The notes beneath the pieces were generated by a model. It searched no databases. It worked only from the letters and a program-made list of their open reading frames with translations, and was not told where the DNA came from. Of a stretch of DNA of 64,000 nucleotides, positions 10,514-20,691 are shown one piece after another. Made by a program: the position numbers and the translations under genes. Origin of the DNA: Paramoeba atlantica (taxonomy: Eukaryota > Protista > Discosea); contig CDRNVI010000006.1 in NCBI GenBank assembly GCA_977017575.1, forward strand, positions 186,001 to 250,000, written 5' to 3'. Within the stretch, counting starts at the first letter, position 1; each line of letters begins with the position of its first letter.

Positions 10514-13500
10514 ATGTTTCTACCGATATTCCTTCATTTAGTGTCCACCGGAGATGCTGTTTTCTCCCGCGATTCCCATGAGCAACTCCTTCAGGATTAT
10601 CATCTCTCGAAACACGAGGCCTCACGCCTCCTCGACACCCATGAGGGGTTGCTCTTAAGTCACATTCTTACTCGCCCGAAATATCATATCCCGCACTGGA
10701 CAGAGTACACAGACTTATCGATCGAGGCCCCGGGCTACGATGACAAAGTAGGACCCTTTGCCTGCGTGGGGGATAGCATCCTTGTGAAAGGAAGATCCGT
10801 CGAGGCCTACGGGAACCTCCCTCCTGTGTCGGAGCTCCCTTTTGAGGACAACCGCCTGGAGTCCAGGCAGCGGATCTGTCCATTCGACGAGAAGATTCCC
10901 ATGCCATGGCTCCAAAGCCACAAACTTCAGTGTGTTTCCTGCGATCGACGACTAGATGAGGTCACTGAGGCTTGCCCTCTTCCCCCATCCTTACAGCCTG
11001 GAAAATATATTATCAAAGTGGGCACTGAAATTTCACCTCCTTTTTCTGTAATTACCGAGGGCGAAATCCATTCTTCGGAGGTCGTGCACAATCCGATTTT
11101 TACGGCAGCTCCTTATTCGACGGTCGACTTCCACACGCACGCCGTGGAGTTTAGTTTTATTTTCCGGTTACAATCTCCAGAGAGGGTCGCTTCCAGTACA
11201 CTGTTCGTGGAGTATCGTGCACCAGGAAGCCGGAATTATGAGACCTTAAGGGACATTGCGATTGACTCAAACTTTGGAACCGCACAGGGAGTCACTGCTC
11301 CTTGCAATGAGGGTAAACTACAGGTTCGGGAATTTCTTCTTGCGAGTCTGCGGGAACAGACATCTGCTCATCGTTGGAGGATTCTCTTGCCGGACAGGGA
11401 AGGAAGCCCTGGACAGTACCGTCTGGTGCTTCGAGTGGGAAATTTACCCCCGAGTACGCATTCTTTTGATATTTGGATGCCGGCTGAACCACAATCTGTG
11501 GCGGCGTTTACCACACCGGCTCCTCAGTTATGTTTATCGGGTAGAAATGCTGGAAAATTACGGATGCCCGTCTTTGATACAACGGAGCAACTCTCCGTGC
11601 AGTGGAATACGGTGCCCCATATGAGGGCCGAATGTCAGCTTCAATTTTTTGCTGGGCTACCGGACGCTGCGGATAAGGACCTGTTTTACGCCATGGATAT
11701 ACGCTTATCCCCAGAGGAGCAGAACAATGTGATTGTGGATCTTGGTGATCTCACGAAAAAAGTCACGCGGACCTCTGTTATGCATTTAGTGATGGAATGC
11801 TCACGCGTAAAACCTTCTTTGTGGGGTAACACTTTGCGTTGGAGATCGAGCCCTTTCGTAGTCTTTAACCGAGACCGCTTTGCTGATCATTGTGACATGT
11901 TACGGCAGGTGGAGCATGAACATTTTGAAGAATTTGCTCCTAGTGAAAGTGTGCTTCGCCAGCAAGCTATCGACAAGGGTTTGTCAGAAGAGCAGAGAAG
12001 GCTTGCATGGCCTTTGTTGATGCGCCGATCCATATCTTACATGGAGTTTAGTAGAGGAAAACCGGCGGAGAGAGCCATTATAGGCGCAGATGTTCCTCGA
12101 ACGAACTACGAGAACGTAAATCAAAAAATGTTGCGCGAAATACTAGAGCAGAGCATGGGGGTGGACATGAGCTGGCAGTACTACCAGGGGATTAACGATG
12201 TTACTAGCGTCGCCATGGCTGCTTGTGGGGAAACGGGTGCCCGACAGGTGCTACAAGGTCTGGCACGATACTGGCTACATGAGTATTTTTCAGGCAGAAA
12301 TGCTGGAGACAAATTTCTAACAATGAGTCGACTGGTGCTGCCACTAGTAGCCACGCAATCTGAAGAACTGGCGACACATTTATCATCATCAGACCCTTAT
12401 GTCGTGCAAGGTGCGTATGCGCATGCATGGAATTCATTTATGTTTGTTGGGGCGTTCCGAGAAGATTCATACATGCCGGTGATGATGAGACTCGTTGATT
12501 TCTTTCTTGCAACTGACCCATTGATGATGCCACTCTACGTTACTGTGTCCATGTTATTGGAAGACAAAAAGGATATGCTGAGTATCGAGGAAAGATATCT
12601 ACTCCAGTACCTTCCCAAGTTACCTAAAGTCATGTTTCGAGAAGGAAGATTGGAAAAGGTACTACGAAGAGCGCTCGCCCTCCATCATACGTATCCACCA
12701 TCACGCCTATTACAAGAAAATACTGAAGTGAACGATTTTTATCCACTGCGCACCCTACCGCATGTTTCCCTAGATGTACTTCCCGAAGACATTGAAGGAC
12801 AAACCTTTGAAAAGGGGTATCGGCGCTGGTTCTTCTTTGGTCCTCGCTCATGGATACCCACAGGACGGTATAATACCCTCAGCACACCGTATGCGGTTTT
12901 AGAAAAGCAGGTCAACGTGCCTCAAGGAGAAACAAATTTAGAAGAAGAGCATGTATCGGAAATGCATCTCCTTTTAGACGATCAAGTCGAGAGACCTATT
13001 CATACTCTCTCCCTCCCCTTGCTCTGGGAGGATGAGGTATCGAAAAATATTTTATCCGTTCCCTCCTACATCTCGAAGCACATTGAACTACTCACTGAAG
13101 AATTAACCGCACAATACGCAGAAATTTTAGACAGTTTCCTGCGCAACGGACAGTGCTCCCATTTACGACTGTACCCCCTACTCTACTCACAACTCCCGGG
13201 GATCACATTTTCTTCAAATAGACTCATCGATCTCACGGCCAAGAGCCTTACCGCCGCCGTAAATCAAATCGAACAACGCGACCCGCATGCGTTGCTCCAA
13301 AAATCCATTTCCCTGTGTGTACCCAATTTGTATCTCCACTCCGCACTTCGTGCCTCACTCGCGCACCATCGACTGGTCGGTGCCACGTGGTGGTATTACC
13401 GACTCCCGCGTAGTTTTGTACGACCGCTGCTGCACACAGTCTCTCCTTCCCGCTACCATGTAAACGGAGAAGAGACCATTCCGCGCTATCTATGGTTTTC

Positions 13501-14146
13501 TTCAGGATCCGCCCGCGTGGTCACCGACGCCTACGCTGGCCTCGCGAAAGTACGATTAATGAGATCCCACACTCGAGGTTCGGATTTCGCCGTTCGTCCG
13601 TTCGTTGTGCACAGTGATCTCACGTGTACCATTGATGTCGTGACCCCCCGGCACTGGAAATTTCGATACCCGCGAAGTACATTTATGCTGCGCTTATCTC
13701 ATCTGTATTTTCGTATTGTCGAGCAGTTTGAGCGATCCCCATGTAACACACTCCGGATCCCACAGGATGTTTTAGCGCGCAAATTTGTGCAACAATTTCT
13801 GGAGGAAAATGACGTGATTGAGCCGGAGAGTTCAGAGGAGGAGCGAAATTTAGCTATCGATGATCAGCTTGCTCGTGCCGTCACCAGCGCACTGGCTGTG
13901 TTGCCATCGGAGACCGCGCAGGGATTGTTGAACAAGCACGGCAATGGAGGCAGTGCAGTTCAACTTTGTATGGGAACTCGAACCCGAGCACAAAAAATGA
14001 AGCTGTATTTAGAATCCGCGATTAATCAAGTGTGTGAATTTTCAGAGGAATCGGAAAAGCAGATCAGTGCCTCTGTCGCGCTTATGGAGATACAGCCACA
14101 AAAGAAGGAAGGCTTTTCACAAAAGAGTGAAGAAGAAGCTTTGTGA
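10514..14146 (+). CDS. Rab-GAP TBC-domain protein (TBC1D20/Gyp8-like) with large N- and C-terminal extensions
   Basis: AIDKGLSEEQRRLAWPLL, IIGADVPRT (R finger), YYQGINDV (Q finger). Confidence 0.75.
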   Translation: MFLPIFLHLVSTGDAVFSRDSHEQLLQDYHLSKHEASRLLDTHEGLLLSHILTRPKYHIPHWTEYTDLSIEAPGYDDKVGPFACVGDSILVKGRSVEAYGNLPPVSELPFEDNRLESRQRICPFDEKIPMPWLQSHKLQCVSCDRRLDEVTEACPLPPSLQPGKYIIKVGTEISPPFSVITEGEIHSSEVVHNPIFTAAPYSTVDFHTHAVEFSFIFRLQSPERVASSTLFVEYRAPGSRNYETLRDIAIDSNFGTAQGVTAPCNEGKLQVREFLLASLREQTSAHRWRILLPDREGSPGQYRLVLRVGNLPPSTHSFDIWMPAEPQSVAAFTTPAPQLCLSGRNAGKLRMPVFDTTEQLSVQWNTVPHMRAECQLQFFAGLPDAADKDLFYAMDIRLSPEEQNNVIVDLGDLTKKVTRTSVMHLVMECSRVKPSLWGNTLRWRSSPFVVFNRDRFADHCDMLRQVEHEHFEEFAPSESVLRQQAIDKGLSEEQRRLAWPLLMRRSISYMEFSRGKPAERAIIGADVPRTNYENVNQKMLREILEQSMGVDMSWQYYQGINDVTSVAMAACGETGARQVLQGLARYWLHEYFSGRNAGDKFLTMSRLVLPLVATQSEELATHLSSSDPYVVQGAYAHAWNSFMFVGAFREDSYMPVMMRLVDFFLATDPLMMPLYVTVSMLLEDKKDMLSIEERYLLQYLPKLPKVMFREGRLEKVLRRALALHHTYPPSRLLQENTEVNDFYPLRTLPHVSLDVLPEDIEGQTFEKGYRRWFFFGPRSWIPTGRYNTLSTPYAVLEKQVNVPQGETNLEEEHVSEMHLLLDDQVERPIHTLSLPLLWEDEVSKNILSVPSYISKHIELLTEELTAQYAEILDSFLRNGQCSHLRLYPLLYSQLPGITFSSNRLIDLTAKSLTAAVNQIEQRDPHALLQKSISLCVPNLYLHSALRASLAHHRLVGATWWYYRLPRSFVRPLLHTVSPSRYHVNGEETIPRYLWFSSGSARVVTDAYAGLAKVRLMRSHTRGSDFAVRPFVVHSDLTCTIDVVTPRHWKFRYPRSTFMLRLSHLYFRIVEQFERSPCNTLRIPQDVLARKFVQQFLEENDVIEPESSEEERNLAIDDQLARAVTSALAVLPSETAQGLLNKHGNGGSAVQLCMGTRTRAQKMKLYLESAINQVCEFSEESEKQISASVALMEIQPQKKEGFSQKSEEEAL

Positions 14147-14522
14147 GTTTAGCTGTACAAGTTTGTAGATAGCATGGTAAGGTAAATAAGGTGAAGGACT
14201 CTCTCGTCATAGAAAACAGCGTTATTGAGATGGAGTATTTAACACATCGACTATTTGTATGTAGCTTTACTAAATTCATTTTATTTTATCTTAGCGATGT
14301 TCAAAATGAATTTGATTCTAAATTCTTAATAATTTTTTCCGCTAAAAATCTACTCTGTAGTGTGACTGCAAAGTTTCCTTACATAATGTCTTAACCTTAT
14401 TTTACTCATCTCTATACTTTGGAAATCATCCAGCGTTTATCATATTTTGTATTTTGACTTTGCAGTTGTGCTTAGACACGTTCATTTACGTTGTTCTTAA
14501 TAAGACTTTAAAAATCTAATTC

Positions 14523-14627
14523 ATGGGAACAATCTCACGCCCGCGAGGCATGCGCCCGAAATGGAGAAAGAAGAGACTGCAGCGATTGAAGCGACGACGA
14601 CGAAAGATGCGTCAACGCAGCAAGTAA
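14523..14627 (+). CDS. RPL41: Ribosomal protein eL41 (34 aa; below the ORF-track cutoff)
   Basis: Hand translation ATG 14523 to TAA 14625-14627 gives [34 protein letters not shown]; canonical eL41 is [25 protein letters not shown]. Confidence 0.95.
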   Translation: [34 protein letters not shown]

Positions 14628-15031
14628 TGTCCGTGGTAATATTACGCACACGCGTCAGTTGGTGTAAGAGAGAAAGGAAACTTGTAACTTTTGACTAACA
14701 TAAGGCAGAAGAGCAGTATGAAAGAAATACGAATAATGTCTTGAATATTTGAATACGGTGTTATTAGGAGGGTCCTTTCCGATTTAGTGGATAAGTTATG
14801 TGGCTAAACTGTGACCCTTCGTTTACATTACTGTTTCGCTCCTCGTAATAAAATAGTGCACGTGATCGGCCAATTACACTGTATTGGGAAAGTAGAATAC
14901 TAAAGCCTCGATTAAAATATACACAGTTTTTACGTAGTGAGTGTGAGACTCAAGAGGCATTTGGGAAAAATCTCAATACTTATTAACAAACAAAATTAGA
15001 AGAACATACGTTCACACACTATTTCTTCCAC

Positions 15032-16378
15032 ATGTCAGACGATAAATCTGTCGAAGAAAGCGACAAGGCGGTGCAACGATGGCGCCTAAAGAAGCTAATT
15101 GAAAACCTGGAAGCTGCCAAAGGAAACGGAACTTCCGTCATTTCCCTTTACCTCACTCCCCGAGATCAGCTCACCAAAATGACTACAAAGCTTACGGAGG
15201 AGCATGGCACCGCTTCGAACATTAAATCAGCAAGCAACCGGAACTCCGTGCAGACAGCCATCACCGCGTGTCTGGGTCGGCTAAAAATGTACCGTGGGGT
15301 ACCCCCCAATGGCCTTATTGTGTACTGCGGCACTGTACTCACCGAGGACAACAAGGAGAAGAAAATCACCTTCGACTTTGAGCCCGTTAAACCCGTCACC
15401 CGCAGCATGTACCACTGCGACAACAAATTCCACACCGACGAGCTTCGTAAAATGCTCGAAAGCGATGACAAATTCGGGTTTATTATTATCGACGGCTCCG
15501 GGACTCTCTACGCTACCGTACAGGGCAGCCAGCGCGATGTCCTGCACCGTTTCGCCGTGGATCTCCCAAAGAAGCACGGACGCGGGGGACAAAGTAAAAA
15601 CCGTTTCGCACGCATCCGTGAGGAGCGTCGACACAACTACGTGCATAAAGTCGCCGAGCTCGCGACACAGTTTTTTATTGCCGTCGATCGTCCAAATATT
15701 TCTGGTCTCGTTCTGGCCGGTAGCGCGGATTTTAAAGACGTCCTCGCGGGCTCTGACCTGTTTGACCCCCGGCTACGTGCCGTGATCGTCGCCGTGCTGG
15801 ATATTGCCCACCCCGGGGAGGTGGGGCTGAACCAAGCAATTGATCTCAGCGGCCCTGTGCTCGCGGGGGTGAAACTTGTGCAAGAGAAGAAATTGCTGCA
15901 AAAATTTATGGAGGAAATTGCGCAAAACACCAATCGGTATTGCTACTCCGTAAAGGATACCATGAAAGCACTACGTATGGGTGCCGTGGAGACACTTATT
16001 GTGTGGGAGGAGCTCGCTACGAAGCATTTTGAGGTAACAGACCCCAATACGGGTACGGTGACCGAGTACGACATGAGTGCAGCGGAGGCTGCTAAACAGG
16101 ATTTTACTCGAGACCCGGAGACTGGGCTTTGTACGCTCGAGGTCGAGTCGGGCTCCCTCGTCGAACACCTCGCAGAGAAGTACCGGAAGTACGGCTGCAC
16201 GCTGGAGTTTGTCACGAACCGAAGCCAAGAGGGGGCGCAGTTTGTGCGTGGGTTCGGTGGGATTGGAGGTTTGCTTCGGTATCAAATTGATTTTGTACAA
16301 CTGGAAGAGCTGGAGCAAGGCGAAGTGCATGAGCAGGACAGTAAGGACGCGTTTGATCTCGAGGACGATTTTATTTAA
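15032..16378 (+). CDS. eRF1: Eukaryotic peptide chain release factor 1
   Basis: GTS, TASNIKS, YHCDNKF and KKHGRGGQSKNRFARIR (the GGQSKNRF variant typical of kinetoplastids). Confidence 0.98.
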   Translation: MSDDKSVEESDKAVQRWRLKKLIENLEAAKGNGTSVISLYLTPRDQLTKMTTKLTEEHGTASNIKSASNRNSVQTAITACLGRLKMYRGVPPNGLIVYCGTVLTEDNKEKKITFDFEPVKPVTRSMYHCDNKFHTDELRKMLESDDKFGFIIIDGSGTLYATVQGSQRDVLHRFAVDLPKKHGRGGQSKNRFARIREERRHNYVHKVAELATQFFIAVDRPNISGLVLAGSADFKDVLAGSDLFDPRLRAVIVAVLDIAHPGEVGLNQAIDLSGPVLAGVKLVQEKKLLQKFMEEIAQNTNRYCYSVKDTMKALRMGAVETLIVWEELATKHFEVTDPNTGTVTEYDMSAAEAAKQDFTRDPETGLCTLEVESGSLVEHLAEKYRKYGCTLEFVTNRSQEGAQFVRGFGGIGGLLRYQIDFVQLEELEQGEVHEQDSKDAFDLEDDFI

Positions 16379-16633
16379 GGTCGTCGGAGGTGTAGCCAAA
16401 TCCCCGTGGATGTGCGACGTGGATGAAGCATGCAACGTGTGAGTGGTTCATCCCTTATTGGATAACGAAACTGTGGTCGGTACCCATCTTTTTTTAATGG
16501 TTATTCGAACATTACATTAAAGAAGATTTGGGAATTGTTATGACTCTCAAAAAGTAAATTTTTCACTCCACTTCTCCTTTATCTTTGTCGCCCATTCTTT
16601 TCCTTAACCCCTTTCCACCCCGCTCCCCTCCCC

Positions 16634-17341
16634 ATGGCCCACCGCGTGCTGCAAAAAAACATGGCCCTGATGCAGTCCTTCCCCCCCTCCGACGGCGTCC
16701 TCTCCTGCACCTACGTCTCCGAGGCCAACCTCTTCGCCTGGGACCTCACCCTGCGCGGTCCCCCGGACTCCCCCTACCACGGCCTCACCTTCACCGCCTC
16801 CCTGGCCTTCCCCCGGGACTTCCCCATGATGCCCCCCGAGATGCGCATCACCTCCCCGTTCTGGCACCCCAACGTGTACCCCGACGGGCGGGTCTGCATG
16901 ACGATCCTGCACCCGCCCCAGGGGAACCGGGAGGACTGCCTGCGGTGGAGCCCCGTGCTCGGGGTCGACAAGATCGTGCTGAGCTTCCTGTCGCTGCTGG
17001 CCGACCCGGACCCCTCCGAGGCCGACGCCCCCGCGAACGTCGACGCGCTCCGGGAGTGGAGGCACGACAGGGGGAGGTACGTGCGGAGGGTGGAGGGGAT
17101 GGCAGGGGCGGGTAGCGTAGGGGGGGAGGGAAAGGAGGGGGAGGGGAATGTGGGGACAATGTCGCCGTCGGTGAGTTTGTTGACCACAATCTCACCGACG
17201 ACGGGTGCGGGTCCGTATGTTGGACAGGTTCGTGCGTTGCAGGAGATGGGGTTTGCGGTGTCGGTGAGTGATATGGCGCATATTTTGGATCAGGTGGGTG
17301 GGGATGTGGAAATGGCGGCGAATATTCTGGCAGGGGATTAG
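16634..17341 (+). CDS. Ubiquitin-conjugating enzyme E2 (Cdc34/Ubc7-type insertion) with C-terminal UBA-like domain
   Basis: FWHPNVYPDGRVCMTILH (catalytic Cys), an insertion before RWSP, DAPANVDA, and C-terminal QVRALQEMGF..VGGDVEMAANIL. Confidence 0.88.
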   Translation: MAHRVLQKNMALMQSFPPSDGVLSCTYVSEANLFAWDLTLRGPPDSPYHGLTFTASLAFPRDFPMMPPEMRITSPFWHPNVYPDGRVCMTILHPPQGNREDCLRWSPVLGVDKIVLSFLSLLADPDPSEADAPANVDALREWRHDRGRYVRRVEGMAGAGSVGGEGKEGEGNVGTMSPSVSLLTTISPTTGAGPYVGQVRALQEMGFAVSVSDMAHILDQVGGDVEMAANILAGD

Positions 17342-17656
17342 GGTGTCGTGAAGAGGGGGAATTTGAATTTGTGCGAGGATTTGTACCCCGATAGAAATAT
17401 TTCAACTTTCTGTAAAAATCATACTCCAAAACATGTAATTGACGAATCTCAAACGTCAATTCGACCCAATGACCAATGTCGTTGAGCGAATAACTAGCTA
17501 TTCATGAATCCCAATTTTTGCTGTTTCAATAGGGAAAGATCTTTGAGTTCTTTGTTTTCTGGGTTTGATAGATGAAATACATGATCTGTATTATTGAACT
17601 ATGAGCCTACAGCTATCAGAATATTGAACGCCCCACCCATAGCTTGTATTCACTTT

Positions 17657-18046
17657 ATGATTTTTCCCGAGGATGCAGCTCTCCGATTGTGGGGATCGGA
17701 TGCTATTATCGACAAAAGATATGCCGAGCACAACGCTAAACAATTGAACAAATTGATTGTCTTGCAGTCTGTCCTGTCTGGAGTTCTAGCTGGTGTCTTC
17801 GGTATTGAGGGCACTTACGGGTTCTGCTTCTTAGCTGTTGGACATGTGATTTCTCTCTGTACATTTTTCTGTACTTTACCAAACATAAAATACTCTAGAC
17901 CGAGGACATGCAGGTGGGACAACCTTCATCTCGCGTCTTACTTCACATCGTACGACGAATTGTTTCCATTAAATTCACTGACGGAGTCCTTATTGACATT
18001 CGTGCTTTTGTGGACGCTTTCTTACGGCATCTTCCACGTATTTTAA
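17657..18046 (+). CDS. EMC6: ER membrane protein complex subunit 6
   Basis: SVLSGVLAGVFGIEGTYGF and LLTFVLLWTLSYGIFHVF* match EMC6; first in-frame ATG is at 17657. Confidence 0.85.
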   Translation: MIFPEDAALRLWGSDAIIDKRYAEHNAKQLNKLIVLQSVLSGVLAGVFGIEGTYGFCFLAVGHVISLCTFFCTLPNIKYSRPRTCRWDNLHLASYFTSYDELFPLNSLTESLLTFVLLWTLSYGIFHVF

Positions 18047-18602
18047 GAAAAACAGAAGAGAGCGTAGCCGTTGCTCTTATGTGCTCAAACGCTTTCTCGT
18101 GTGCACAGCTCGAAGCTGCAAGCACACGGCCCAGAGATTTGCACGATATCGGATTTGTCGAGCTTGATCAATTGCAAATCTATCTGAATTCTTACCATTT
18201 CTGTCAAATTGTAAAGTCCGTACCACAATTGAGAATATAAACGGTTCTGTAATACGAAGTTTCTTACGAATTTGTACTCTGTCAAAAATGAAACGAGGTT
18301 CGGAGAAAGCTCAACTCTTTTTATGACGATTTTGATGGAAACTTATCACCGATAATGCATTTGAATATATATTTACTATCTTTAAACACCGTCTTAAGCT
18401 TTAAATACCCTCTTGAGCTTTTTCAAGGCGTTTTCAAGAGATATACCGTTAGATTTGCAAGAGTTTCTAGTATATTTTGTGAAAGGTTTATGTCTTCTTG
18501 TTTGTCGGAAAACCACCCTAGCGGACTTTGAAGTCAGATCGCGCAAAAATGACGTAGGCTAAGCGAAACAGTCCCTTGACTGCTAGCATAAAAATATTAC
18601 CC

Positions 18603-19748
18603 ATGACTTTTTCGGACGCTACGGTCTATGTGGAGCATACACTACGGTTTCAAAGTATGGCAGGATCTGTTCAAAATAATACAAATGCGGTTGCGCAACC
18701 AAACCATGTTTCTGATGCTCCGAAATATTTTCCTTACAACCAGCTTGAGTTCCAATCCGTCGTACAGTTTATTTCTTTGATCACATTCCGAGTACGCGCA
18801 GTGCTAGCCGAATTCTTTGTCATGGTACACAAAGATATTCGCGGAAAAGTCGATATCCGGAGTACATATCGCTGTGTGGGTTTGAAATTATTCCTATTGA
18901 ATGAAGATTTAGTAGTTAGTTATTCCTCACCGGAGCAATGGAGAAAAAGGAGGGTCCAGTATGACGCCTTGAAAATATCTATGGAGGATGCTATCCAAAA
19001 CATACTTTCTGAAGGAGGCAGTAGTAGTACTCCTTCCAATTTATCTAACAACACTTCAAATTCCGAAAGGTGTCCCAGTGCACTTCGCGAAATTCTTGAT
19101 GATAAGCTCCTAATTAATAAAGTAGAGTCATCGAAAAAGATGTTAAATTTCCTGCGTCGAAGAAATAACTTTGTATGTCCCCAATGGATTGGTAATATTC
19201 GCTTGCTTCTTCAACAACTCAAGAAAGAGTTGCAGGATGTGACAAAGTACATTACATTACGAATTATTAAGGTGTGGGACGAGCAGCTTCTGGTTTTTAG
19301 AGCTCCATTCGGTATTTTACCTGTCCCGAGACTACGGCTGTCCCGCCATCACTATTCGGCCCCATCGGCCGCCACATTGGGCAGAGTAAAGACATTCGCA
19401 GATGAGGTAAAGGATAATTTATCTGAGGAAAATGAATTTCGTCCATCAATTATGCATTCGCGCTTAGAACTTGATGAGGCAATAAAAGCAGACACTGTGA
19501 ACCGTGTCCACCAAGTGGCCGAACTAAATCAAATGTTGCAGTCACATGTGGAGTCCCAACATCAGAGTCTTCATGATCTCTTAGACGACAGTCACTTGCA
19601 TGAGAGCAATCTGTCGGAGACACATTTAGAGCTTAAAAAAGCACGCCTACGTCAAAGTGGAATAATGGGCACGTGGAGAAGGATGTTTTCAGTATTTCTT
19701 TTATTTTTCTCCATATTCTTCTCACTCCTTCATTCGTTGGTTAGATGA
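18603..19748 (+). CDS. Syntaxin-18/Ufe1-like Qa-SNARE
   Basis: C-terminal heptad SNARE motif (VAELNQMLQSHVESQHQSL..NLSETHLELKKA) followed by a terminal TM helix ending in a short tail. Confidence 0.6.
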   Translation: MTFSDATVYVEHTLRFQSMAGSVQNNTNAVAQPNHVSDAPKYFPYNQLEFQSVVQFISLITFRVRAVLAEFFVMVHKDIRGKVDIRSTYRCVGLKLFLLNEDLVVSYSSPEQWRKRRVQYDALKISMEDAIQNILSEGGSSSTPSNLSNNTSNSERCPSALREILDDKLLINKVESSKKMLNFLRRRNNFVCPQWIGNIRLLLQQLKKELQDVTKYITLRIIKVWDEQLLVFRAPFGILPVPRLRLSRHHYSAPSAATLGRVKTFADEVKDNLSEENEFRPSIMHSRLELDEAIKADTVNRVHQVAELNQMLQSHVESQHQSLHDLLDDSHLHESNLSETHLELKKARLRQSGIMGTWRRMFSVFLLFFSIFFSLLHSLVR

Positions 19749-20053
19749 AATTTATTGCATCGAACAAGCATACGTGGACGAGTAGGAAACCCGCAGTGCG
19801 TTGGACGTCTATTTTCAGGATGCGAAGACTAAACGTTGAAGATGAGCCATTATCTTCTGCCGTAGTCAGAATAGGAGGATCGAAAGAACGTCAAACGGAT
19901 ATTAATGAATGCTCCGCGTTAACGAAATAATTTGCACATCATGGCGACGAAATAATATTCTCGATAAATTGTGTAAAAGATACAATACTTTTGTTATTGG
20001 ACATTTCATTTTTTTATCCTATCAGCTTAGCAATATCTATTAAATCAATTTTA

Positions 20054-20365
20054 ATGACTGGCGTCACGAAAGAGCTCCTGGAAAAAAGAGCCCAAGCTGT
20101 ACGCCTTGGAGGGAAAGGTACGGTGCGCCGGAAGTCTAAAGGAGTTCACAAGACTTCAGGAGGAGACGACAAAAAGTTTCAAGGCATGCTGAAGAAACTT
20201 GGTGCCGCAGGTATCGGTGACATCGAAGAGGTGAGTTTTCACCGTGAGGATGAAAGTGTAACCACCTTTAAAAACCCTCGGGTCGACGCAAACATTCCTG
20301 GACACACGTATGTTATTCGTGGAAAGTCGGAAACCAAAAAGCCCGATTCCCAGACCCAGGAGTAG
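20054..20365 (+). CDS. BTF3: Nascent polypeptide-associated complex subunit beta
   Basis: AVRLGGKGTVRRK, DDKKFQGMLKKLG, DIEEV, FKNPRV; ATG at 20054. Confidence 0.93.
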   Translation: MTGVTKELLEKRAQAVRLGGKGTVRRKSKGVHKTSGGDDKKFQGMLKKLGAAGIGDIEEVSFHREDESVTTFKNPRVDANIPGHTYVIRGKSETKKPDSQTQE

Positions 20366-20691
20366 AGCTACCACAGCATAGTGATACTGCCAAAAGAAAG
20401 CCTATTGCTTTTATTTAATTCGCATTCAAACCTATTGTATACCCATTCCATAAAAATTAAGGTAACATAGAACTTGGTGACGTTTATGGGCTATTTTTCA
20501 GAGACTTGATGTTTCATTTTAAACATTCGTTTTCTTACGATGATTTACCTACATGTATTGCGCGAGAAGTAGCGTAAAATGACGTACCGCTTCTAAAATA
20601 TATTAAACTTTCAAGAAATTATATCACTAAGTTTCTAGTGTCCTACATTTGGTTCGGTATAAAATTTCCAAAGGTGGGCGTAAATGCATGA

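Noticed and set aside
15032-16378. Possible stop-codon reassignment (as in Blastocrithidia)
   Set aside because: Conserved genes end at expected positions with TAA (eRF1), TAG (BTF3) and TGA (USP14), contain no in-frame stops, and eRF1 keeps GTS, NIKS and YxCxxxF.
16585-17459. Long overlapping alternative-frame and antisense ORFs (also 49925-50957 and 54108-55443)
   Set aside because: They are stop-poor shadows of GC-rich skew islands with low-complexity translations.
19835-19860. ATGAGCCATT, antisense to SSU rRNA AAUGGCUCAU
   Set aside because: Only 10 nt and not followed by a D/D' box; compatible with chance.
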